A DNA stretch of 64,000 nt from Eubacteriales bacterium (GCA_045585895.1 JAZMZI010000144.1:647-64646); one strand, 5' to 3'. Shown: positions 18,907 to 28,236, numbered from the stretch's first letter. Numbers and translations: made by a program. The notes: a model not told the origin generated them from the sequence alone.

Positions 18907-18945
18907 TTTTGTATTTCCTTTCTTCATAGTAGACTATGTATTTTT

Positions 18946-19533
18946 TTATTTTTCAAAGGAGTAAAGCTCCTTGTATTTTTCGGTTCTGCGATTTACTTTT
19001 TTTACATAATTTCGAGTTTCTCCAAAAGGGATTTCTTTTAAAGACAGTATGCCGTCGTCACCTATCCACTCGTCAACGTTTCCAAGTCCGCCGTTATATG
19101 CCGCCAGCGCTGCATCCCAACTGTTATATCTTGCATATAGATACGACAGATAATACGTTCCGTATCGGATGCTGGTCTCGGGATCGTAACGCATGCCCGA
19201 CGGCAATCCCTCCTTTAGTCGGGTCTTTGATATTTCGTCAAAGGTAGGCTCGGTCAATTGCATAAGTCCTACCGCACCCGCTCCCGAAACCGCAGAGGGA
19301 TCGAAGTCGCTTTCCGTCTTTATAACTGCCCAGATTATCTCTTCGGGCACGTCAAATTTTTTGGAATATTTCTGAACGAAAGACACGTATTCCTTCGGTT
19401 GGGGATATATGACATATTCTATCTGAGTTGCGGTAAAATCGAATATGAATCCAAAAGCAATCGAAATAACGAGAACTATCAGTATTATATATCCGATATT
19501 ACTCTTGTGTCTGCTTTTTTGTGTACCTCTCAC
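18946..19533 (-). CDS. Membrane-anchored lytic transglycosylase (SLT domain)
   Basis: It has an N-terminal TM helix and the motifs AVIKTESDFDP, GLMQL and AYNGG. Confidence 0.8.
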   Translation of the reverse strand: MRGTQKSRHKSNIGYIILIVLVISIAFGFIFDFTATQIEYVIYPQPKEYVSFVQKYSKKFDVPEEIIWAVIKTESDFDPSAVSGAGAVGLMQLTEPTFDEISKTRLKEGLPSGMRYDPETSIRYGTYYLSYLYARYNSWDAALAAYNGGLGNVDEWIGDDGILSLKEIPFGETRNYVKKVNRRTEKYKELYSFEK

Positions 19534-20138
19534 CGTATCAACTCCTCACATCTTAAATATGTGTCAACAAGTCTGCCAAGATCCCCGAGAAGCAGGATGT
19601 TTTGCAATATAAAATCGCATTTTTCCTCGTAAAAGCTATTGGGCTTTTGGGAGTTGATCCGCAACAGCGCCGCATCCTCGTCAATACCGTCACGCGCGGC
19701 AATTCGCTTTGCGCGAAGCTCCTTGGGGGCAACCACGGCTATAACGTAATCACATTTCTCATGGATACCCGCTTCAATAAGAAGAGGAGCATCGATCACA
19801 CAAACTTCAGCGCCTTCTTTCGAATATGCGCTTAATAAACCGTTTATCTCGGATATAACGTACTTGTGGGTTATTTTGTTTAAAACTAAAAGCTTATCCT
19901 TGTTTTCCTCTCCGAAAACCAATTTCGATAAAGCCTTGCGGTCGATACCGCCGTTGCAATTTATTATTTCTTTGCCGAAATTGTCGGCAAGCTCGTTAAC
20001 ACAATCCGAAGGAGCGGAAACAATGCTGTGATAGACCTTGTCGGCATCGATGACCTTAAAGCCGTGTGCCGTCCGCATATATTCCGAAACCGCGCCTTTT
20101 CCCGCACCGCTGGGACCCGTGACACCGATAATCTTCAC
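19530..20138 (-). CDS. coaE: Dephospho-CoA kinase
   Basis: It has the GVTGPSGAGKG P-loop and the expected length, and overlaps the downstream gene by 4 nt. Confidence 0.88.
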   Translation of the reverse strand: MKIIGVTGPSGAGKGAVSEYMRTAHGFKVIDADKVYHSIVSAPSDCVNELADNFGKEIINCNGGIDRKALSKLVFGEENKDKLLVLNKITHKYVISEINGLLSAYSKEGAEVCVIDAPLLIEAGIHEKCDYVIAVVAPKELRAKRIAARDGIDEDAALLRINSQKPNSFYEEKCDFILQNILLLGDLGRLVDTYLRCEELIR

Positions 20139-20163
20139 TATATCGTCTCCTTTCGAGTAATTT

Positions 20164-21309
20164 TTATATTTTAACCGCTTTGCCTACAAGGTGAGAGGTG
20201 TGCGCTGCTTCAAGTATCTCCTGAACGCGCGCTCCGTCTTCAAAAGAGGGGCAAGCCTGTTTTCCTGTGCTTACCGAGGAAAGGAAAGCGTACATGGAGG
20301 CTATGTGACCTCGAAGCCAACCGTTCTGTGCTTTTGGAGAGGGGAATTTGCCCGCGGGAGCAGGGTATCTTCCGACACATTCTATTCTTGTAAATCCTTG
20401 AAGTCCGCCAAAGTTGCCCCCCTCGGCATTTGAGTCATAGTAATAGAGCCAATCAGATTCCATAAGATCGAATTTGAGCGAGCCTTCTGTTCCGTATATC
20501 GCAAAAGTCAATCCGTCGTTTTCTCCGACGGTGATCTTACTTGCGGTAAGAGTGCCTACCGCACCGCACTCAAGAGATGCGGTCATATATACCGCCTCGT
20601 CGGCATTGGTTTTCCATATGTCGCCGTTGGCTGTCTTGTGGGTGGGGAAGGCGATCTGTTCTTTTGCGTAGATTTCTGAAAACTCGCCGCAAAGATAGCG
20701 GCAAAGATCTACTATGTGCGCTCCGAGATCAAAAAGTGTTCCCGCACCGCAAATATCCTTGTTCTGCTTCCAACCGACAGTCCTTTCGGGATCGATACAG
20801 CTATTGTGCAGATATTTGAAATCAAAAGAAAGGATCTTTCCAAGTCTACCGCCTTCGATCAACTCTTTTGCGTGTCTTATAGCTGCGATATGGCGGTTGT
20901 TGAATACCATTCCGCAAACCTGACCGTTTTTTTCGTAGGCTGCTTTTGACAGAATATCAAGCTCTCGAGCTTGTTCTGCATTTACCGTCAAAGGCTTTTC
21001 ACAGAGCACGTGCTTGCCCGAAAGTATTGCTTTTTTTGCGGTTTCAAAATGATAGACGTTCGGAGTGCTTATATCGATTACGTCGATGCATGGATTATTG
21101 ATAATATCATCCTCGGAAGCCGTGGCATAACCCAGAGAAAACTTTTCCGCTGCCGCCTTTGCCGTTTCAATGCGAGATGTACAAACTGCAGAGTATTTTG
21201 CGGTAAAATCAAGTTCTTCATAATAAAAGGGAAGAGCCGCCACCGAAAAGGCATGCGTTTTGCCCATAAACCCAAATCCAAGAAGTCCTATGTTAATTTC
21301 TTTGCTCAT
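20164..21309 (-). CDS. Gfo/Idh/MocA-family oxidoreductase
   Basis: It has the GLLGFGFMGKTH Rossmann N-terminus and the EKP motif. I chose the ATG at 21309 with a GAGAGGA RBS; the track start is an upstream TTG. Confidence 0.85.
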   Translation of the reverse strand: MSKEINIGLLGFGFMGKTHAFSVAALPFYYEELDFTAKYSAVCTSRIETAKAAAEKFSLGYATASEDDIINNPCIDVIDISTPNVYHFETAKKAILSGKHVLCEKPLTVNAEQARELDILSKAAYEKNGQVCGMVFNNRHIAAIRHAKELIEGGRLGKILSFDFKYLHNSCIDPERTVGWKQNKDICGAGTLFDLGAHIVDLCRYLCGEFSEIYAKEQIAFPTHKTANGDIWKTNADEAVYMTASLECGAVGTLTASKITVGENDGLTFAIYGTEGSLKFDLMESDWLYYYDSNAEGGNFGGLQGFTRIECVGRYPAPAGKFPSPKAQNGWLRGHIASMYAFLSSVSTGKQACPSFEDGARVQEILEAAHTSHLVGKAVKI

Positions 21310-21484
21310 TTCGCGTCCTCTCAAAAATAAACATCTATTTTATATTATAACTCATTTTATGATTTTTTTCAATAGTTATTTTAATATTAATGATTAAATA
21401 TTCCATATAAATGCGAATTTTATCTATTGAATCGACTGAAAAATGGGTTTATAATCATCTTAATCGGAAAAGTTCGGATTACTA

Positions 21485-21513
21485 TTGACATTAATTAATT
21501 AAAATGCTAAAAT
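21485..21513 (+). promoter_or_regulatory. Sigma-A-type promoter upstream of dusB
   Basis: The sequence reads TTGACA-17 nt-TAAAAT. Confidence 0.45.
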
Positions 21514-21551
21514 ATACTCAACTTTAAAATATTAAAATTAGGAGAATTACA

Positions 21552-22580
21552 GTGAGTATAAAAATCGGTGGTATAAGACTCGAAAGCGGTCTTTTTTTAG
21601 CACCTATGGCGGGATTTACCGACTATTCGTTCAGAAAAATATGCCGTGAGCGCGGAGCCGAATACACGGTCAGCGAAATGGTTTCGGCAAAGGCGCTTTG
21701 CTACGAGCAACTGTCAAAAAAAAATCCTTTGTCTGCGTCGAAAACGGCTCCGTTGGCGGCTGTCAGAGCTGAGGAAAATCCTATGGCAATACAGCTTTTC
21801 GGAAGTGAACCCGAGTTCGTTGCAGAGGCTGCGGCTATGATAGAGGCGCGTGAATATAGGGGATGTGTTTCAGAAGCGTCTCCCGTAGCAATAGATATAA
21901 ATATGGGTTGTCCTATGCATAAGATAGTCGGAAACGGTGAGGGCAGTGCCCTTATGCGCGATCCCGTCCGCGCGGCAAAAATCGTTGAAGAAACGGTGAA
22001 AAGACTAAAGCATACTCCCGTTACCGTTAAGATAAGAGCAGGGTGGGATAATGAAAACAAGAATGCCGCAGAGGTGGCAAAAAGAGTTGAAGCGGCTGGT
22101 GCTTCGCTTATTTGTGTTCACTCAAGAACAAGAGAACAGATGTATAATCCCGGAATTGATATCGGTATTATTGCAGACGTAAAAAGATCCGTAAAGATTC
22201 CCGTTATAGGTAACGGAGACGTATATAATACCGATGATGCCATTAATATGCTAAACGTTACGGAATGTGACGGATTGATGATAGGAAGAGGAGCGCTTGG
22301 CAATCCTTGGATATTCGGAGAAATTGCCGCAAAAATAAAAAATGAGGATTTTCAAGTCCCTACAGTTGGCGAAAGGCTCGACACTTGTCTTGAGCACGTT
22401 CGCCTGATAAGAGCAAATAAGGGTGAGCATACTGCCGCGGCAGAAATTAAAAAACACGCGGCGCTTTATATAAAAGGAATTCGTTCTGCCGCATCGCTTC
22501 GCGACAGAATAATGAAAACAAGCTCAACAGAGGAGATTGAAGCTATAATTAATGAATTGAAAGAGGTTACAGGTGGGTAA
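21552..22580 (+). CDS. dusB: tRNA-dihydrouridine synthase
   Basis: The motifs LAPMAGFTDYSFR, DINMGCP and VHSRTR are present. The start codon is GTG. Confidence 0.9.
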   Translation: MSIKIGGIRLESGLFLAPMAGFTDYSFRKICRERGAEYTVSEMVSAKALCYEQLSKKNPLSASKTAPLAAVRAEENPMAIQLFGSEPEFVAEAAAMIEAREYRGCVSEASPVAIDINMGCPMHKIVGNGEGSALMRDPVRAAKIVEETVKRLKHTPVTVKIRAGWDNENKNAAEVAKRVEAAGASLICVHSRTREQMYNPGIDIGIIADVKRSVKIPVIGNGDVYNTDDAINMLNVTECDGLMIGRGALGNPWIFGEIAAKIKNEDFQVPTVGERLDTCLEHVRLIRANKGEHTAAAEIKKHAALYIKGIRSAASLRDRIMKTSSTEEIEAIINELKEVTGG

Positions 22581-23211
22581 TTTTGCAAAAATAATATCGT
22601 CTGACACTCGCTTTGCGCGTATGTTAAGCATAGAGCTGTCTTCAATTGGCGTTGAAATTGTTGATAATTTCGACGGTGTAGTAGAAGGGGAGCTTTGTTA
22701 CGTAGTTGCAGATCTTGATTCTGTTAACGAAACGGAGCTTCGTGAATATTCTCACAATTATATTTTAGTAGGCTTTTCTCGATTTCAAAGATCGAACGTT
22801 CAGACGAAAGCGGGATTGTGTGAGGAGTTTCTGCAAAGACCGTTTCTGATCGTTAGTTTTCTTTCAATATTCAAAGCTTCAAGTCTTGAAAGCCGTGCAA
22901 AAAAAAGGTATGCCGTAAGAGAAGAAACGAAAAAAGCGCCGCTTTATTTATCCGTTTCCGAAATGGATAAGTCGGCGGTTTGGGGAGATGAGAGGATTCC
23001 TTTAAGCGACAATGAATACAGGGTTCTGTCAATATTGTGCGACAACAGGTGTGAGATCGTTGAGCGTGAAAAAATATCTGCGCTTCTGGGTGCGGAGGAT
23101 GGCAACATGGGAGACGTCTATATTTGCCACCTCAGGAGGAAAATCGATAATAAGCTTGGTCTCAAGCTAATTTATACAATTCGCGGCAAGGGCTATATGC
23201 TCAAAAATTAA
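22573..23211 (+). CDS. OmpR/PhoB-type winged-helix DNA-binding protein with an atypical short N-terminal receiver-like domain
   Basis: The C-terminus (LSDNEYRVLSIL..ICHLRRKID..IYTIRGKGYML) is a Trans_reg_C domain. The GTG start has an AAGAGG RBS and overlaps the dusB stop by 8 nt. Confidence 0.75.
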   Translation: MGNFAKIISSDTRFARMLSIELSSIGVEIVDNFDGVVEGELCYVVADLDSVNETELREYSHNYILVGFSRFQRSNVQTKAGLCEEFLQRPFLIVSFLSIFKASSLESRAKKRYAVREETKKAPLYLSVSEMDKSAVWGDERIPLSDNEYRVLSILCDNRCEIVEREKISALLGAEDGNMGDVYICHLRRKIDNKLGLKLIYTIRGKGYMLKN

Positions 23212-23250
23212 CGCCGTGCCTGCCGAATACTTCGGCAAAAGGAGGTTTAT

Positions 23251-25104
23251 ATGAACTCTTTAACGTTTGATAAAAACAGCTTTTATCTCGACGGTAAGCC
23301 CTTCCGTATGATCGCGGGAGATATTCACTATTTCCGAATCCACCAGAACGATTGGGCAAAGAGACTCGATCTCGCAGTTGATTTTGGTCTGAATACCATA
23401 CAAACCTACGTTCCGTGGAATGCGCACGAGCCTAAAAAGGGCGAATTTAACTTTGAGGGAATGCTTGACCTCGGCGCTTATTTGAAGCTTTGCGGTGAAA
23501 AAGGACTTAAAGTCCTGCTTCGTCCCTCTCCCTATATCTGTTCCGAGTGGGATCTCGGCGGTCTGCCATCAAGACTGCTTAAGGACAGGGAATTGGCTAT
23601 ACGTTCCTCCGATACGAAATACTTAAAAGAGGTCAAGGAGTATTACGATAGACTTATACCGGAATTTTTGCCTTATCTCGCAACTAACGGCGGTCCTATA
23701 ATTGCCGTAGCCATTGAGAACGAATACGGAAGCTACGGAAACGACCACGAATATATGAACGCATTGGCGAGCATTCTCCGTGACGGCGAAGTAGACGTGC
23801 CTTTTTATACTACCGACGGTGATCGCAACTATATGCTTACCTTCGGCAGACAATGCAAGGATGATTTCTTCGGTGTAAACTACCGCGCCGCAGTCGGCAC
23901 GTCCGATCACGCCGAAAAATGCGTGCGCGAAAACGGTGCTGATATGCCCTATTTCGTTGGTGAATTCTGGGCGGGAAGAAGTATGCATTGGGGTGAGCCC
24001 TTCCGCCATCGCCCCCCCGCACAAACCTCTGACGGCTTTAAGGAAGCATTGGAGCTTGGCGGTCACGTTTGCTTCTATATGTTCTCGGGAGGCTCTAATT
24101 TCGGCTTTATGGGTGGAGGAAACATCGGTATGTCATTCAGCCCGAGACCCAATACGGTCACAAGATACATTCCTCACACCACGTCCTACGACGTCGACGC
24201 GCTTATCAGCGAGGACGGCAGACCCACCGAAAAGTATTTCCTTTGCCGCGACGTGCTTGACGAGTATCTCGGCAGAGAAAAGAGACCTCACGTATGCCCC
24301 GAGCGAACCACTCAAAGCATCACGGTTGAGCTGACCGAATCCGCCGACCTATTTGAAAACCTTGATAATATAAGCGAGTATCAGGGTAAGACGCCGATTC
24401 CCAAGCCCATGGAATATTTCGGACAAAATTACGGTCTCATCCTTTATTCCACAAAGCTTGACGCCTTCAATGAGGTACACATAAGAATACAGCCTCAAAA
24501 ATTCAAGGACAGAGCGAACGTCTACGTTGACGGCGATTGGTTTGCAACCTATATGCGCGATAGAGGCTACAGAGCCGCGGAGACGACCTATAAGGCTCCC
24601 GACGGCATTGCCGCGCTGGCTCAAAATGGCAACGAGCGCAAAATAGACGTTTTAGTTGAAAATATCGGAAGGATAAACTACGGCAAATATATGTCCGACG
24701 AGAGAAAGGGCATGGAGGAGGGACTTCTTTACGGTAGTGTTAAGCTTTTCGGCTACGATACGAGAACTATCCCCCTCGAGGACCTTTCACGTCTCGAATG
24801 GAAGGAAAATTTTCACACCGACCATAAGCCCTGCTTCTTCAAAGGCAGCTTTGATGCAAAGAGCGGTATAGATACCTACGTTTCCTTTGCTGACCTCGGT
24901 CATGGTTACGTCTGGGTAAACGGCTTTAACGTAGGCAGATACGATAGCGCAGGACCTCAAATGACTCTCTATCTGCCCGGACATTTTCTTAAGGATGCCG
25001 ACAACGAAATAATCGTCCTCGATATCGACCCCGTAGGCAAACGTAAAGAACTAAAGCTTCTTGATCATTACGTGCTAGAAGGCGAAGGTAATGAGCTTTT
25101 ATAA
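23251..25104 (+). CDS. GH35 beta-galactosidase (no signal peptide)
   Basis: The motifs FYLDGKPFRMIAGDIHYFR, YVPWNAHEP and VAIENEYGSYG are present. Confidence 0.9.
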   Translation: MNSLTFDKNSFYLDGKPFRMIAGDIHYFRIHQNDWAKRLDLAVDFGLNTIQTYVPWNAHEPKKGEFNFEGMLDLGAYLKLCGEKGLKVLLRPSPYICSEWDLGGLPSRLLKDRELAIRSSDTKYLKEVKEYYDRLIPEFLPYLATNGGPIIAVAIENEYGSYGNDHEYMNALASILRDGEVDVPFYTTDGDRNYMLTFGRQCKDDFFGVNYRAAVGTSDHAEKCVRENGADMPYFVGEFWAGRSMHWGEPFRHRPPAQTSDGFKEALELGGHVCFYMFSGGSNFGFMGGGNIGMSFSPRPNTVTRYIPHTTSYDVDALISEDGRPTEKYFLCRDVLDEYLGREKRPHVCPERTTQSITVELTESADLFENLDNISEYQGKTPIPKPMEYFGQNYGLILYSTKLDAFNEVHIRIQPQKFKDRANVYVDGDWFATYMRDRGYRAAETTYKAPDGIAALAQNGNERKIDVLVENIGRINYGKYMSDERKGMEEGLLYGSVKLFGYDTRTIPLEDLSRLEWKENFHTDHKPCFFKGSFDAKSGIDTYVSFADLGHGYVWVNGFNVGRYDSAGPQMTLYLPGHFLKDADNEIIVLDIDPVGKRKELKLLDHYVLEGEGNELL

Positions 25105-25117
25105 ACCAAGGTGCCCG

Positions 25118-25268
25118 CTCATTAAGCGCAAGTCGGGTGATCTTCCAAGAGCAAAGACAAAACACGATTTATTTTGTAATTTTGATGAAAAAAACCGCCG
25201 ATGGGCGGTTTTTTTCTGTGGTTTATTAGGCGCGTTTTAGCTCTTGAGAGAACACGATTACGTTCTCT
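25118..25268. repeat. Structured intergenic module, copy B
   Basis: CTCATTAAGCGCA (25118-25130) is identical to 8709-8721. TGTGGTTTATTAGGCGCGTTTTAGCTCT (25217-25244) matches 8829-8856 at 24/28 positions. The arms 25146-25166 and 25231-25246 pair around the terminator hairpin. A 3' hairpin lies at 25247-25268. Confidence 0.6.
25188..25215. terminator. Bidirectional terminator between GH35 and murE (inside repeat copy B)
   Basis: The sequence reads AAAAAAACCGCC-GATG-GGCGGTTTTTTT. Confidence 0.8.
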
Positions 25269-25291
25269 GTATATAAACTTTTTTCTTGCCG

Positions 25292-26818
25292 TTAAATAAG
25301 TAAAAACTGTTTTGCATCAACGCTCTTGAGCACCTTTTTTTCTGAAAAAGGTATGCGCTCGCCGCGGATGAGCTGGTAGGTTTCGTGCCCCTTGCCTGCA
25401 AGCAGAACGAAATCTCCATCTTCTGATATTTCATAAGCTTTTTGTATAGCTTCCTTGCGGTCGGGGATGAGATATAAAGGCTTGTCGCAACCTTCCAGAG
25501 CTTCCTTAATTCCGTTGATCACTTCCGTAGGATCTTCGTTGTCGGGGTTGTCGGACGTAAGAATTATAACGTCTGCTCCGTCCTTTGCAGCCTTCCCCAG
25601 CTCTGCGCGGCGACCGAAGGTCCTGCCACCCACACTGCCGAAAACGGCAATGATTCTTTTGGGTTCGTATTCGCGCAGAGAATTAAGAACCGCCGTAAGG
25701 CTTGCTCCGTTATGTGCGTAATCAATAACGAAAAGCGTTTCGGGGCGATTTTCAAGCAACACGGTCTCAAATCTTCCGGGGATAGAAAGCGTAGCCATTT
25801 GTTCGTTGATAAAATCCATATCGATTCCCATAAGAGAGCAGATAGCAACTGTTATAAGTCCGTTTTCAATACTGTAAAGTCCCGGAATCGGAATAAAAAC
25901 ATCTTTGGCAACATCATCTTTGAAAATTTCGGTTTTGCCGAATTTCATTTCAAAGGACACACCGGGGATAAGTCCGTTTCTTATTTTCATGGGGGTTTCG
26001 GCAAAAATATCGCAATCAGAGTTGCCCTTCGCCGAGGTGGTGACTATTTTTTCGCAGGATACGCCTTCAACCATATAGGAGCTGTCGGGAGAATCTGCGT
26101 TTATCACGATATTTTTTACGTTGTAATCGGAAAACAAACGTTTTTTGGAATCTCTGTAATGCTCGAAGGTGGGATGTTCAACACCGCCTATGTGATCCTC
26201 GTAAAGATTGGTAAAGGCGCAGATATCAAAGTTTAAACCGAAAATGCGTTTTTGCCAGAGCGCTTGGGATGAGACTTCGATAACCACGTCGGTAACACCT
26301 GCGTTGACCATTTCACGCAGCGCCATCTGAAGCTCAAGACAATCGGGGGTGGTATTGGCGGTCTCAAAGGTCTTACCGTTATAATAAACTCCGTTCGTGC
26401 CTATGTAGCCTATTTTTATGCCCTTTGCAAGAGCAATATAATAAACAGACAATGCCACCGTGGTTTTACCCTTGGTGCCCGTGATTCCAATAAGACGAAG
26501 TTGCTTTTCGGGGTCGCCGTAGAAAATGACAGAAAGCCGTCTGAGAGCCTCGGATGAATTCTTAACGGTAATTATAGCCGCGTCGTCGGGAAGGTCGACC
26601 TTTCGCTCCACAACGAAAAATCTTGCGCCCTTTTCATATGCGCTTTTGGCATACTTGTGACCGTCTGCAAGAGCACCGCGTTTGCAGAAGAAAAGGCAGG
26701 TAGGGGAAGCGGCTCGGGAATTGTGACACAAATGCACGATAGTTCGTCCGCGCATATTCAGGGGAATATTATAGGAAACGCAATCAAGACTGCGTATAAT
26801 GTCACCTATCTTCATCAT
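25292..26818 (-). CDS. murE: UDP-MurNAc-L-Ala-D-Glu : diamino acid ligase (MurE family)
   Basis: It has the GITGTKGKTT P-loop, Mur ligase central and C-terminal domains, and DNPD where DAP-type enzymes have DNPR. Confidence 0.88.
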   Translation of the reverse strand: MMKIGDIIRSLDCVSYNIPLNMRGRTIVHLCHNSRAASPTCLFFCKRGALADGHKYAKSAYEKGARFFVVERKVDLPDDAAIITVKNSSEALRRLSVIFYGDPEKQLRLIGITGTKGKTTVALSVYYIALAKGIKIGYIGTNGVYYNGKTFETANTTPDCLELQMALREMVNAGVTDVVIEVSSQALWQKRIFGLNFDICAFTNLYEDHIGGVEHPTFEHYRDSKKRLFSDYNVKNIVINADSPDSSYMVEGVSCEKIVTTSAKGNSDCDIFAETPMKIRNGLIPGVSFEMKFGKTEIFKDDVAKDVFIPIPGLYSIENGLITVAICSLMGIDMDFINEQMATLSIPGRFETVLLENRPETLFVIDYAHNGASLTAVLNSLREYEPKRIIAVFGSVGGRTFGRRAELGKAAKDGADVIILTSDNPDNEDPTEVINGIKEALEGCDKPLYLIPDRKEAIQKAYEISEDGDFVLLAGKGHETYQLIRGERIPFSEKKVLKSVDAKQFLLI

Positions 26819-27179
26819 AGCTGCGTTCTCCTCTCTTTTTTGAAATATCGCTATAGGGAATTACAACGTAAAAGCAATCAAGCTCGTCTGCATATTTATC
26901 GATAAAATTCTCGGCATCCACTCCGCAGGGAATAAGAATGGGAAAAAAATGCTCTTCAAGAGATTCGGCAAAGGAAATAAGGCTTTCCTTCATCAAAAAA
27001 TCTCTTGGGGGAGATACCTTGTGACAGAGGCAATGCCATCTTTGACGCAAGGTAAAGCGTTCTGCAAACAGGTGCGGTTTGATCTCTGTAGTTTTATATA
27101 CAGTTTTTGCCGCAGTTAACGACGCGGTCGTATCTCCGATAATAACGGGAACGAGATATTCGTGCTCCAAATAGTCCAT
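26802..27179 (-). CDS. Hypothetical protein (125 aa) overlapping the murE start by 17 nt
   Basis: It is an ORF on the same strand as murE and directly upstream of it. I recognise no motif, and coding status rests on position only. Confidence 0.45.
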   Translation of the reverse strand: MDYLEHEYLVPVIIGDTTASLTAAKTVYKTTEIKPHLFAERFTLRQRWHCLCHKVSPPRDFLMKESLISFAESLEEHFFPILIPCGVDAENFIDKYADELDCFYVVIPYSDISKKRGERSYDEDR

Positions 27180-27335
27180 AAATCCACCATAGCTTTACAA
27201 ATATGATTAATTATAGCATATTTCGTCACGTTTGTCATACCAAATCAAAAAAATTTACATAACTTCCAAAATTTAACTTGCCAAAGCCGTAAAAATATAA
27301 TATAATCTATTTAATAACGTATTTGCGAGGCAAAA

Positions 27336-27914
27336 ATGAGAAAAGAGTTTATATACGGTATTTTTTCCAAGATCCCAACTCTTGAGACCGAGAGATTTAT
27401 TCTGCGAAAGATCTCGGTTGACGATACCGACGATATGTACGAGTATTCTAAGGAATACGGAGTAACCAAATATCTTACGTGGTCTCCCCACGCTGATAAA
27501 GGCGTTACTCTTGACTATCTTATATATCTTCAGGACAGATACAAGACGGGTGATTTTTTCGATTGGGCGATAATTTGTAAGGACACGGGAAAAATGATCG
27601 GAACCTGCGGATTTACTCGCTTTTTCTTCCAACACAACGGTGCGGAAATCGGCTATGTTCTGAATCCCAACTATTACGGACAGGGAATTGCCACCGAGAT
27701 AGTAGGGCGAGTTTTGCAGTTTGGATTTGAAAAGCTTGACCTTGAGAGAATCGAGGGAAAGTTTATGATAGAAAATCAAGCATCCCGCCGCGTTATGGAG
27801 AAAAACGGTATGATCTTTGAGGGTGTGCGGCGCAACGGAATGCTAATCAAAGGAGTTTACCGAAATATCGGTATATGTGCCATCATACGGGAAGATTTTT
27901 TCAAAAAAGTGTGA
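27336..27914 (+). CDS. GNAT-family N-acetyltransferase (RimJ/RimL-like)
   Basis: It has the Acetyltransf_3 pattern, GYVLNPNYYGQGIATE. Confidence 0.85.
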   Translation: MRKEFIYGIFSKIPTLETERFILRKISVDDTDDMYEYSKEYGVTKYLTWSPHADKGVTLDYLIYLQDRYKTGDFFDWAIICKDTGKMIGTCGFTRFFFQHNGAEIGYVLNPNYYGQGIATEIVGRVLQFGFEKLDLERIEGKFMIENQASRRVMEKNGMIFEGVRRNGMLIKGVYRNIGICAIIREDFFKKV

Positions 27915-27922
27915 TTTGGTAC

Positions 27923-27951
27923 TTGAAAAAACAAATTATGTGTGGTATAAT
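27923..27951 (+). promoter_or_regulatory. Sigma-A promoter for tRNA-Arg
   Basis: TTGAAA (27923-27928) is followed by 17 nt and TATAAT (27946-27951), with a TG extended -10. Confidence 0.55.
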
Positions 27952-27986
27952 ATCACTTGTGTCACAACACGAATTGAATATCGCAC

Positions 27987-28061
27987 GCCTCCATAGTTAA
28001 ATGGATATAATAAGCCCCTCCTAAGGGTTAGTTATGGGTTCGATTCCCGTTGGGGGTGCCA
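27987..28061 (+). tRNA. tRNA-Arg (anticodon CCU) with encoded CCA
   Basis: I folded it by hand. The acceptor is GCCTCCA/TGGGGGT, the D stem GTTA/TAAT, the anticodon stem AGCCC/GGGTT with loop CTCCTAA, and the T arm ATGGG-TTCGATT-CCCGT. The discriminator is G, followed by CCA. Confidence 0.88.
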
Positions 28062-28104
28062 AAAGGGTCAAGCCGAAAGCGGCTTGACCCTTTTGGCACC
28101 CCCA
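28051..28104. repeat. Perfect 25-bp inverted repeat overlapping the tRNA 3' end
   Basis: TGGGGGTGCCAAAAGGGTCAAGCCG (28051-28075), the loop AAAG, and CGGCTTGACCCTTTTGGCACCCCCA (28080-28104). There is no T-tract after it. Confidence 0.9.
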
Positions 28105-28207
28105 ACAGTCTTAATCTAATGCTTCACCAAACGGCTCGCCGTTTGTGTAAAAGTTAGATTCCTGTATTCGCATAACAAAAATTCGCCATTTACCAACTAA
28201 ATAATAC

Positions 28208-28236
28208 TTGCAAATTTTTCCATAATATGCTATAAT
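28208..28236 (+). promoter_or_regulatory. Sigma-A promoter for the GH30 gene
   Basis: The sequence reads TTGCAA-17 nt-TATAAT. Confidence 0.5.
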
